A DNA stretch of 64,000 nt from Gemmatimonadales bacterium (lineage in GTDB: Bacteria; Gemmatimonadota; Gemmatimonadetes; Gemmatimonadales; GWC2-71-9): the NCBI GenBank assembly GCA_041615815.1, contig JBFJCP010000025.1, positions 1 to 64,000 on the forward strand, written 5' to 3'. This document shows positions 41,100-49,074 of the stretch, piece after piece (positions within the stretch are counted from its first letter, which is position 1; the number at the start of each line of letters is the position of its first letter). The notes below the pieces were generated by a model that was given only the letters and a program-made list of their open reading frames with translations, made no database searches and had not been told where the DNA came from. A program made the position numbers and the translations under genes.

Positions 41100-41531
41100 C
41101 TAGTATTTGGACTGCATGTAGGTGATGCCCCGAGACACGGTGGCCCGCCACGCGGCTTCGACATCAGATCCGAATTCCGGGTCGTAGACCGCCACCGTCT
41201 CCATGAGACTGTCCACAAACGCGCGGTATAGCTCCGGCGAGACATCGAGCCCGTTCCGGCTGTGCCGCTCCGCGAGGCGGGTCAGGAGGTTGGGTTCCTC
41301 CTTTTCCTGTCCCGGGAAGATCAGTAGCAGCCCAATGGCATGCCGCAGCAGCTTGTGCTGCCGCTCGAAGTCCGTGTTGGCGAACTTCTCCACGGCCGGC
41401 GGGCAGTTCCGGAAAAAGGTCTGGTAGAAGGTCTCGAAGAAGGCCTCCTGTCCGAGGCAGCGCTCGTAGCTCGCCTTGGCCGACTCCATGGTGGTCCGGC
41501 TGATCGCGGTCTGGGAATGGGGATCATTCAT
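41100..41531 (-). CDS. Single-domain globin
   Basis: SYERC, FFETFY (B10), CD1 Phe, RQHKLL (E7) and LAERH (proximal His) motifs; AW in the H helix. Confidence 0.88.
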   Translation of the reverse strand: MNDPHSQTAISRTTMESAKASYERCLGQEAFFETFYQTFFRNCPPAVEKFANTDFERQHKLLRHAIGLLLIFPGQEKEEPNLLTRLAERHSRNGLDVSPELYRAFVDSLMETVAVYDPEFGSDVEAAWRATVSRGITYMQSKY

Positions 41532-41606
41532 GTCGCCAACCTCTAAAATGCAGCACACGGCCCAGGACGCAAACGGATCAAGCCCCGGAAGCCAAATCTC
41601 TGATGG

Positions 41607-41636
41607 TTGACCCAACCGCAAGCGTCTCTTTACGTT
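41607..41636 (+). promoter_or_regulatory. sigma70-like promoter TTGACC-N18-TACGTT for tRNA-Ser(TGA)
   Basis: Same hexamers occur upstream of tRNA-Ser(GCT). Confidence 0.6.
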
Positions 41637-41648
41637 ACCAGTAATCGG

Positions 41649-41733
41649 GGAGGGCTAGACCTAACTGGTAAGGCAGCGGTCTTGAAAACCGCCGGGCTTA
41701 AGGCCCTTGTGGGTTCGAGTCCCACGCCCTCCG
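41649..41733 (+). tRNA. tRNA-Ser (TGA)
   Basis: Acceptor GGAGGGC/GCCCTCC with G73; anticodon arm GCGGT-CTTGAAA-ACCGC; long variable arm; GGTTCGAGTCC. Confidence 0.93.
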
Positions 41734-41742
41734 TCGCCTGCT

Positions 41743-42192
41743 TCAGCCCTCCAGTTCCGCGATCAGCTCCCGCACCCGCGGCGGGAGCGGCGTCTTTCGC
41801 CTGGCCCGGTAGTCGAACGAGACGATGAGACCGGCCCCGTCCGCCGCCACTTCCGCCTGGGCGTCCGAGACGATGCGATATCGCATGGAGAACCGATCCT
41901 CCTCGACCGCCTCGGCCCGGGCGCCCACGGAGACCGTGTCTGGATAGAACAGCGGTCTCCAGTACCGACACTGGGTGGAATGCAGGATCGCCCCAACCCG
42001 TTCGCGATCGTAGGACTCGACGAAACCGCACCGTTCCAGGTAGGCGATTCGGGCGGTCTCGAAGTATCGGAAGAAGACGGCGTTGTTGACATGCCCGTAC
42101 GCATCCATCTCACCCCATTGCACGGGGAGGCGGACGACGACGGGATACTCGGCCAGGTGGGGATGCCCGTCACCGGGTGTGGCGGATGGCAT
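41743..42192 (-). CDS. Acyl-CoA thioesterase (4HBT/YbgC-like hotdog fold)
   Basis: WGEMDAYGHVNNAVFFRYFETAR motif. Confidence 0.92.
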   Translation of the reverse strand: MPSATPGDGHPHLAEYPVVVRLPVQWGEMDAYGHVNNAVFFRYFETARIAYLERCGFVESYDRERVGAILHSTQCRYWRPLFYPDTVSVGARAEAVEEDRFSMRYRIVSDAQAEVAADGAGLIVSFDYRARRKTPLPPRVRELIAELEG

Positions 42193-42264
42193 CCAACCAA
42201 TCTACGGGGACGAGGCGGTTCCGCGAGTGGTGGCGAACCGGGGGCCGCCTCGCCCCGTGTCGGT

Positions 42265-43527
42265 TCAGAACTGCAGACCCATGGCGAGATTCAAGTGCGT
42301 GGCTCCTTGCTCTCCAATGGTCGGATCGCCATACGTCGTGAAAATACGACGGAGCTCGACGCCAAACAGCAGCGGTCGGGGACGCCACGTCACATGGGTT
42401 TCCCAACTCTTGTTCTGGAGCGTACCCCCGCCCGGGGTGAGATCGGCGTCGTCCGGATCGTCCATCCCGAATCCGGCGCCGATTTCCCACTCGGGATACG
42501 GGAGAAAATTGACCTGACCCCATCCACCGACGGTCCGCACTGGAACGCCGCCGACGCCGAAGTTCTGACCCGCGCCACCCCCGCCGAGCACGGTCAGCGC
42601 CTCCCCGATGAACGCCTCTCCTCGGAGCTCGACGAACTCGGTGACGAATGTCCGCACCGCCACCGCAGCCCCTTTACTGGTCAAGGTGGAGTCTCCCGTC
42701 GTGGCAAACCAGCCCAAGTGTCCTCCCAGGCTGACTTCGCCGCCATCGATGTCCTGATCGCCCCAACGGGCGAGCAGTCGGCCTTCGATCATCGGGCGGT
42801 TACTCCGCTCCGCAGCGGTGAAGGTCGTGGCGATGGACGCCGACTGCGGAAGCGAGAACGGCGCGATGGCCGCGAGTTCGAACCCGACGGCCACTGGTGT
42901 CGCCGTTTGTATACCAATGCGTGCCTGCGGCATCCAGAACCAGAGGTTACCGGAGATCGTGAAGCCGGGAAAATCGAGGGCGGCGAGGGAAGAGGGGTTC
43001 ACGCTCGCGATGGGGGGAGCCTCCTGACCGAAGAGGACCCATACTTGTGACCACCGAAGCTCGACTCGCGCACGCCGCATACTCAGAATGGGACGGAGGC
43101 GCCCGTCGCCAATGTGGCCTCCGAACAGATTGAACTCGACCTCTCCGAGCAGCTCGGCCCCCAGGACGTCGGAGTGTGTGGCACGTAATCCCACGCGGGT
43201 TTGCCGCAAGGTCCCGCCCACGCCACCGGCCGGAAGACCACCGGGCGGGTCTGGTGGCAGCACCACGAGGGGAAGATCACTGTTGTTGGTCCGTTGGCTC
43301 GTAAAGAACCCGTTCACCAGAATGTGGCCAAACAGCTCGAGGGTTCCACCGGCGGCGGGCTCCACCTTGTTCTCCGCTTGATCGGCCACCTGGGCCTGCA
43401 GCACCTCGATCAGTCGCTCAGCCCGTTCCAGCCTGGCCAAGATGGAATCGAGGGGTTCCACCTGCCCCACCAGCGGAGGCGCGGCGCAGAAGAGTAGCAA
43501 ACACGGGAGGAGGTGACGGATCTTCAT
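42265..43527 (-). CDS. Outer-membrane porin-like protein (DcaP-like) with N-terminal coiled coil
   Basis: Signal peptide, coiled coil, LRQTRVGL, R.ARVEL.W and GNLW motifs; terminal Phe; GGAG RBS before ATG 43527. Confidence 0.75.
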   Translation of the reverse strand: MKIRHLLPCLLLFCAAPPLVGQVEPLDSILARLERAERLIEVLQAQVADQAENKVEPAAGGTLELFGHILVNGFFTSQRTNNSDLPLVVLPPDPPGGLPAGGVGGTLRQTRVGLRATHSDVLGAELLGEVEFNLFGGHIGDGRLRPILSMRRARVELRWSQVWVLFGQEAPPIASVNPSSLAALDFPGFTISGNLWFWMPQARIGIQTATPVAVGFELAAIAPFSLPQSASIATTFTAAERSNRPMIEGRLLARWGDQDIDGGEVSLGGHLGWFATTGDSTLTSKGAAVAVRTFVTEFVELRGEAFIGEALTVLGGGGAGQNFGVGGVPVRTVGGWGQVNFLPYPEWEIGAGFGMDDPDDADLTPGGGTLQNKSWETHVTWRPRPLLFGVELRRIFTTYGDPTIGEQGATHLNLAMGLQF

Positions 43528-43555
43528 GATGACAACTCCGCTAATGTGAGTTCCG

Positions 43556-43584
43556 TTGACGCGTGGCAGTGGTCTCGGTAACCT
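43556..43584 (+). promoter_or_regulatory. sigma70-like promoter TTGACG-N17-TAACCT
   Basis: Canonical spacing, upstream of the cupredoxin-kinase pair. Confidence 0.55.
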
Positions 43585-43614
43585 AGTGTCGTGTTGCACA
43601 ACCCCATTGGACCG

Positions 43615-44331
43615 ATGCGCTTCCCTCTTCTGATCGGCGCGGGGCTTCCTGCCCTCGTGGTATTCGGGTTCGCGAGTCAAAAGGACACCGCGGGCACGCC
43701 ACTGGCAAGCGTGACCGGTCAGGTCACCGTGTTGGAGGAGGGGAACAGGCTCGCGAAGGACGTGAGTGACGCGGTAGTGTGGCTCGAACCCGTGCGGGGA
43801 CGCTACGAACGCCCAGACTCGATTCCCCCCGACACGCTCCAGATGACGATGTCCAAGAAGGAGTTTCGCCCCCATCTCATGGTGCTGGAGGTGGGATCCG
43901 GGCTCGCCTTCCCCAACGAAGACTCATTCAACCACAATGTGTTTTCGCGCTCCGATATCGCGCCGTTCGACCTTGGCCGGTACGGTCGCGGTGAGATCGG
44001 CGTGACGCATTTCGGGCGGCCAGGTGTGGTGCGGGTTTTCTGTAATGTGCACGCTCGCATGAGTGCCATCGTCGTGGTGCTGGACAACCCATACTTCGCG
44101 CGCCCGCGTCGGGACGGGACGTTCACGATCCGCGATGTCCCCCCGGGCCGATACCGCCTGCAGGCTTTTCATGAACGGGCCAATGTGTATCAGCCCAGGC
44201 TCATCGACGTCACTGGCCAAGGAGCCGGCGCCCTCCGCGTGGAGCTCGATGCTCGGGAGTATCGCTTCGTGCAACACCTGAATAAGTTCGGCCAGCCCTA
44301 CTCACGGGCCAAACGCGGGCGTCGGTATTAA
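43615..44331 (+). CDS. Exported cupredoxin/plastocyanin-like protein with carboxypeptidase-regulatory-like domain
   Basis: F.PH, FPNED..NHNVFS and FCNVHARM (His...Cys-xx-His-xx-Met type-1 Cu ligand set). Confidence 0.85.
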   Translation: MRFPLLIGAGLPALVVFGFASQKDTAGTPLASVTGQVTVLEEGNRLAKDVSDAVVWLEPVRGRYERPDSIPPDTLQMTMSKKEFRPHLMVLEVGSGLAFPNEDSFNHNVFSRSDIAPFDLGRYGRGEIGVTHFGRPGVVRVFCNVHARMSAIVVVLDNPYFARPRRDGTFTIRDVPPGRYRLQAFHERANVYQPRLIDVTGQGAGALRVELDAREYRFVQHLNKFGQPYSRAKRGRRY

Positions 44332-46402
44332 GGCGCTCCCCATTCAGCGGCTCGGATCGAAGATCTTCGCCGCCACCGCTCTCGTGATCGTCGCCGTTCT
44401 CGGCGGCGCACTCTACTTCACGTGGGTCCGCGCCAATCGGGCTGCCGACGAGTCCATCGACAAGGCGTTGACCGCTACGCAATCCGCCATCGACGACGCC
44501 CTCACCGGCCGGAGCCAAGCGTTGCTTCAGGTAACCGCCGGCCTCGCGCAGGTGCCGGACTACGTGTCGCGGATCAGCGAGGCCCTCGCAGGCGGTGATC
44601 GCTCCGATCTCCTCGATCAAGCAGACGAGTTTCGGGAACAGACGGGCGCCGCATGGGCCCTCATCACGGATGGGGCCGGCATCCTGCAGGCATGGACGTA
44701 CGAACCCTTCGTGTTCGACGACGATCTCTCCGAGAGCTCGCTGATCGGGCTCGCGCTCGAGGGCGATACGACCCAGGGGGTGTGGATCGAGCCCACGGAC
44801 GAAGGGGATCAGCTCTTCCAGGCCGTGGGGGTGCCGGTGTTCGATCCCTCCCGCAGCCTGATCTACGCGGTGCTGGTGGCCGCACTTCCCGTCGACAGCG
44901 CGTTCGCCGCCGATATCCAGCGCCATACGAATTCCGACATCGTGTTTTTTGCGCTCGACACGCTCGACGCCCCCTACGTGTTGGTGTCCACCCTCCCCCG
45001 TGGACCCATCGACTCCGCCATCGTCCAAGTGAATCCCGATAGCGCGTTGACCGACAATCCGGAGCGTGCCCGGGTACGCCTGCCCGTGGCGGGGGAGACG
45101 CTCGTGGGTGTCGCCGGTCCGGTCCGCACGGCGTCCGGCTTCCCGGTGGGTGGGTACGTCGGGTTCCGTTCGCGCGAGGTGGAGCTGGCGGCGTTCTTCG
45201 CCCTGCGCCGCACCATGTGGTACATCTTCGGCGGCGGGCTCGTCTTGGCCCTCTTGTCCTCGCTGCTCGTCGCAGGGCAGATCACGCGCCCCGTCAAGCG
45301 GCTCGTGCGGGCCACCCGACGGGTGGGGGATGGCCAATACACCGGCTCCATCGAAGTGACGTCCCGAGACGAGATCGGCGAGCTGGCCGCAGCGTTCGAC
45401 CACATGATCCGCGAGCTCCGCGCGAAGGACGAGTTGGTGGACTACCTGAGCGGTGGCAGCGAGGCCACGATCCCGCTTCCCGGCGCCGCGGTCAGTCGCA
45501 CCGCCGGGACCGCGGCCGATGCTCAGCGCGCGCCTCCCTCCGGTGTCGTGGTGCATCGCTTGACCAAAGGATCGGTCTTCGCCGGGCGGTACGAGATCCG
45601 GGACGTGCTCGGGACGGGCGGCATGGGGGTCGTGTACCGCGCGTTGGATCGGGAGCTCGACGAGCTCGTGGCCATCAAGACGCTTCGCCCTGATGTGGTC
45701 AAGGGCGACACGAGCATGCTCGATCGGTTCAAGCAGGAGATTCGCCTCGCACGACGCATCACGCATCGCAACGTGGTCCGCACTCACGACCTGGGCGAGG
45801 TGGAGGGCATGTACTTCATCACCATGGAGTACGTGGAAGGCACCACACTCAAGCAGCTCATTCGAAAGCGGGGGCAGCTCCCGCCGGCGGTGGCCGTGAC
45901 CATCGGCAAACAACTCTGCCGGGCACTGGAAGTGGCGCACGAGCAGGGCATCATCCACCGGGACATCAAGCCGCAGAACCTCGTGGTCGATCACAGTGGC
46001 TTCTTGAAGGTCATGGACTTTGGAATCGCCCGGCTGGTGGATCGGAGCAAGAAGGAGTTGACGTCCACCGGGGCCGCAGTGGGGACCGCGGACTATATCC
46101 CCCCGGAACAGCTGATGGGCGAGGAGATCGACGGCCGCGCGGACCTCTACTCGGCCGGTGCCGTCCTCTTCGAGTGCGTCACCGGACGCACCGTGTTCAG
46201 CGCCCCGACGCTGATGGGCCTCATGGCCAAACACCTCGAGGAGCGGCCGGAGAACCCTACGAGCCTCAACCCGGAAGTGCCTGAGGCCCTCGCCAATGTG
46301 ATCCTCAAGGCCTTGGAGAAGCGTCCCGCTAACCGTTTTCCGTCCGCCGGCGCCATGTACGACGCCCTCGACGCCATTCGCCTCAAAGCGCGCGCAGCCT
46401 AG
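44327..46402 (+). CDS. Sensor Ser/Thr kinase: TM, periplasmic Cache-like region, TM, HAMP, Hanks kinase
   Basis: ITRPVKRL...DEIGELAAAFDHM (HAMP); GTGGMG, HRDIKPQN and DFG motifs. Start is ATT 44327 (inferred) or GTG 44384. Confidence 0.9.
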   Translation: MKALPIQRLGSKIFAATALVIVAVLGGALYFTWVRANRAADESIDKALTATQSAIDDALTGRSQALLQVTAGLAQVPDYVSRISEALAGGDRSDLLDQADEFREQTGAAWALITDGAGILQAWTYEPFVFDDDLSESSLIGLALEGDTTQGVWIEPTDEGDQLFQAVGVPVFDPSRSLIYAVLVAALPVDSAFAADIQRHTNSDIVFFALDTLDAPYVLVSTLPRGPIDSAIVQVNPDSALTDNPERARVRLPVAGETLVGVAGPVRTASGFPVGGYVGFRSREVELAAFFALRRTMWYIFGGGLVLALLSSLLVAGQITRPVKRLVRATRRVGDGQYTGSIEVTSRDEIGELAAAFDHMIRELRAKDELVDYLSGGSEATIPLPGAAVSRTAGTAADAQRAPPSGVVVHRLTKGSVFAGRYEIRDVLGTGGMGVVYRALDRELDELVAIKTLRPDVVKGDTSMLDRFKQEIRLARRITHRNVVRTHDLGEVEGMYFITMEYVEGTTLKQLIRKRGQLPPAVAVTIGKQLCRALEVAHEQGIIHRDIKPQNLVVDHSGFLKVMDFGIARLVDRSKKELTSTGAAVGTADYIPPEQLMGEEIDGRADLYSAGAVLFECVTGRTVFSAPTLMGLMAKHLEERPENPTSLNPEVPEALANVILKALEKRPANRFPSAGAMYDALDAIRLKARAA

Positions 46403-46403
46403 C

Positions 46404-47762
46404 TCACACCAGCTCTTCGAATCTCGCCGTGAAGTGCCTGAGGCTCGGCGGGCTGTTGGTCATCCGCAACCCCACCAGCTTGCGACGCCGTTCGAACACT
46501 TCGCCGCACGCTTCGGCAACGTAGTCGATGTGGCTCTGCGTATACACCCGCCGCGGGATCGCGAGGCGAACGAGCTCCATGGGAGGGGATTTCCCCTCGC
46601 CGCCAAACATCACGCTGCCAATCTCGACCGCACGAATACCGGCCTGGCGGTACAGCGCGCACACGAGTGCCTGGCCGGGAAACGCGTGCGGCGGAATCTG
46701 CGGGCAACACGCGGCTGCATCGATGTAGATGGCATGCCCACCCGGCGGCTCCACGATCTGGTAGCCCACCGACATGAGCTTCTCACCCAAATAGGCGGTA
46801 GATCGGAGACGATACTGCAGGTAGTCCTCCTCCAACACCTCTTCGAAGCCCTGGGCCATGGCTTCCAGGTCCCGGCCCGCGAGCCCACCGTACGTGACGA
46901 AGCCCTCGGTGAGAATGAGCAGCGCGTCCGCGCGCTGTGCTAGCTCCTCGTCTCGCAACAGGAGGACCCCCCCGATGTTGACGAGCCCGTCCTTCTTGGC
47001 GCTGATCGTCGCGCCGTCGGCGAGATCGAACATCTGGCGGACGATCTGTCGCACGGAGTGCTCGCGCTGACTCGGCTCACGTTGCTTGATGAAGTACGCG
47101 TTTTCCGCAAACCGACACGCGTCGAGAAAGAGCGGGATCCCGAACTCGTCACACACCTGACGAACCGCACGGAGGTTTTCGAGGCTGACCGGCTGGCCAC
47201 CACCCGAGTTATTGGTCACCGTCACCATGCAGATCGGGACGCGCTCGGGTCCCACCCGTTCGATCAAATTCCGCAGCGCGGCGACGTCCACGTTCCCCTT
47301 GAATGGATGCTGTGTCGCCGCCCGCTGGCCCTCGGCGATGACGAGGTCCACCGCCTCGGCACCGGAGTGCTCGATGTTGGCCCTCGTCGTGTCGAAGTGG
47401 TTGTTGTTCGGAACCACGCGTCCCGGCCCCCCCACCAACTCAAAGAGGATCCGCTCGGCGGCGCGCCCCTGATGCGTCGGGAGAATGTGGCTGAAACCCG
47501 TGATACGCTCGAGCGTGTCCCGAAAGCGATAGAAGCTTTCCGCGCCGGCGTAGGATTCATCCCCCCGCATGACCGCTGCCCACTGCAGACTACTCATGGC
47601 CCCCGTCCCGCTATCGGTCAGGAGATCGACCAGCACGTCCCGCGCGTGAATATTGAACACATTGAAGTAGGCCGCCTGCAGGATCCCCTCCCGCTCATCG
47701 CGGGTAGTCATCCGCAGCGGTTCAACGACTTTGATCTTGAAGGGCTCGATGATCGTCTTCAT
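46404..47762 (-). CDS. tnaA: Tryptophanase (beta-eliminating lyase; tyrosine phenol-lyase not excluded)
   Basis: EPFKIKVVE, DLLTDSGT, HQGRAAE, SAKKD (PLP Lys) and RHFTA motifs. Confidence 0.9.
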   Translation of the reverse strand: MKTIIEPFKIKVVEPLRMTTRDEREGILQAAYFNVFNIHARDVLVDLLTDSGTGAMSSLQWAAVMRGDESYAGAESFYRFRDTLERITGFSHILPTHQGRAAERILFELVGGPGRVVPNNNHFDTTRANIEHSGAEAVDLVIAEGQRAATQHPFKGNVDVAALRNLIERVGPERVPICMVTVTNNSGGGQPVSLENLRAVRQVCDEFGIPLFLDACRFAENAYFIKQREPSQREHSVRQIVRQMFDLADGATISAKKDGLVNIGGVLLLRDEELAQRADALLILTEGFVTYGGLAGRDLEAMAQGFEEVLEEDYLQYRLRSTAYLGEKLMSVGYQIVEPPGGHAIYIDAAACCPQIPPHAFPGQALVCALYRQAGIRAVEIGSVMFGGEGKSPPMELVRLAIPRRVYTQSHIDYVAEACGEVFERRRKLVGLRMTNSPPSLRHFTARFEELV

Positions 47763-47911
47763 GGTTGGCCAAGCGCTGGGAATCGGTGGTGGCAAGATAC
47801 GGAGAGAGCAGAAGCAGAACCAATCCTGGAGCGGTCGCCGATTGACATTGCCCCGGGGACCCGTCATCATCGGGCCACCTCGCTCCGAGACCGGACCTTC
47901 AGCTTGAGAGC

Positions 47912-48937
47912 ATGACAGCACCCGCCACCGAACAGTCACGGGTCATCACGGCATCCCTGGTGATCCTCGCCGCCGTGGCCATCGCCGCCGCGCTGGCCCT
48001 CACGCGCTCGGTCATGATCCCGTTCGTGCTGGCCATCTTTTTTTCCTACTTGCTCGCACCCCTGGTGGACCTCCTCCAGGACAAGCTCCGGGTTCCCAGG
48101 TTCGTCACCATCGTCCTATCCCTGCTCGTCGCGCTCGGCCTCTTGACGCTTCTGGGACTCCTGATCACGACGTCGACCCGTGGGCTCCTGGAGTCCGTGG
48201 ATATCTACCGGGACCGTCTGCGCGGAAGCGCCGAGCGCGTTTTCTCGGTGTTGGATCGATTCGGCATCGACATGGGGCAGCAACCCATCCTCGAAGCCAT
48301 CAACCAAGTGCCGTTTCTCGAGATCGCCCGACGCGCCTTCGGCACCGCGCTCGACGTGCTCACCACCGGTGGGCTCGTGCTCATCTTCGTCGTCTATCTG
48401 CTCGCTGGCCGCCGGCCCGCCGAGCTACGCACCGGGATCTATGCAGAGATCGACGCCAAGATCCGCCGCTACATCCTCACCAAGACCGCCGTCTCGGCCA
48501 CGACGGGTGTCTTGGTTGGACTGATCCTGTGGATGTTCGGTCTCGAGCTCGCGCTGGTCTTCGGCGTCATGGCGTTCCTCCTCAACTTCATCCCGTCCAT
48601 CGGCTCCGTGATTGCGACGCTGCTACCGGTACCCATTGCGATCGTACAGTACGAGAGCGTGTGGCCCATCATCGGTATTCTGGCCATTCCGGGCGCCGTC
48701 CAGATGAGCGTCGGGAACGGCGTGGAACCGGTACTCATGGGGGAGGGGCTCGACTTGCACCCGGTCACCGTCCTGCTGGCCCTGATCTTCTGGGGACTGC
48801 TGTGGGGCGTCGTCGGCATGCTGCTCGCCGCACCGATCACCGCTATCATCCGGATCGCCATGGCTCGCATCGAGACCACCCGACCCTTCGCGGAACTCCT
48901 GGCCGGGCACCTGCCGGCTGACACGCGAGCCGCGTGA
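47912..48937 (+). CDS. AI-2E family transporter
   Basis: LNFIPSIG, EP..MG..LDLHP and WGLLWGVVGMLLAAP motifs. Confidence 0.92.
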   Translation: MTAPATEQSRVITASLVILAAVAIAAALALTRSVMIPFVLAIFFSYLLAPLVDLLQDKLRVPRFVTIVLSLLVALGLLTLLGLLITTSTRGLLESVDIYRDRLRGSAERVFSVLDRFGIDMGQQPILEAINQVPFLEIARRAFGTALDVLTTGGLVLIFVVYLLAGRRPAELRTGIYAEIDAKIRRYILTKTAVSATTGVLVGLILWMFGLELALVFGVMAFLLNFIPSIGSVIATLLPVPIAIVQYESVWPIIGILAIPGAVQMSVGNGVEPVLMGEGLDLHPVTVLLALIFWGLLWGVVGMLLAAPITAIIRIAMARIETTRPFAELLAGHLPADTRAA

Positions 48938-48947
48938 GGCCGCTTGC

Positions 48948-49066
48948 AGAACTGAGAATAGCGAATGCCGTACAGCGAATGCAGAGCTCGAACAAGGCAA
49001 CGACGAGCACCGACAGGGGCGTCGCCCATCGCTCCTGACTTGTTGCTCCTCACTCCTGACTCCTGA
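48948..49066. repeat. Two heptamer tandem-repeat tracts
   Basis: GAACTGA GAATAGC GAATGCC GTACAGC GAATGCA and CTCCTGA CTTGTTG CTCCTCA CTCCTGA CTCCTGA. Confidence 0.65.
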
Positions 49067-49074
49067 CATCGTCG

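Noticed and set aside
47763..47911. TnaC-like leader peptide upstream of tnaA
   Set aside because: The Trp-containing stretch is only the in-frame upstream extension of tnaA; no separate leader ORF was seen.
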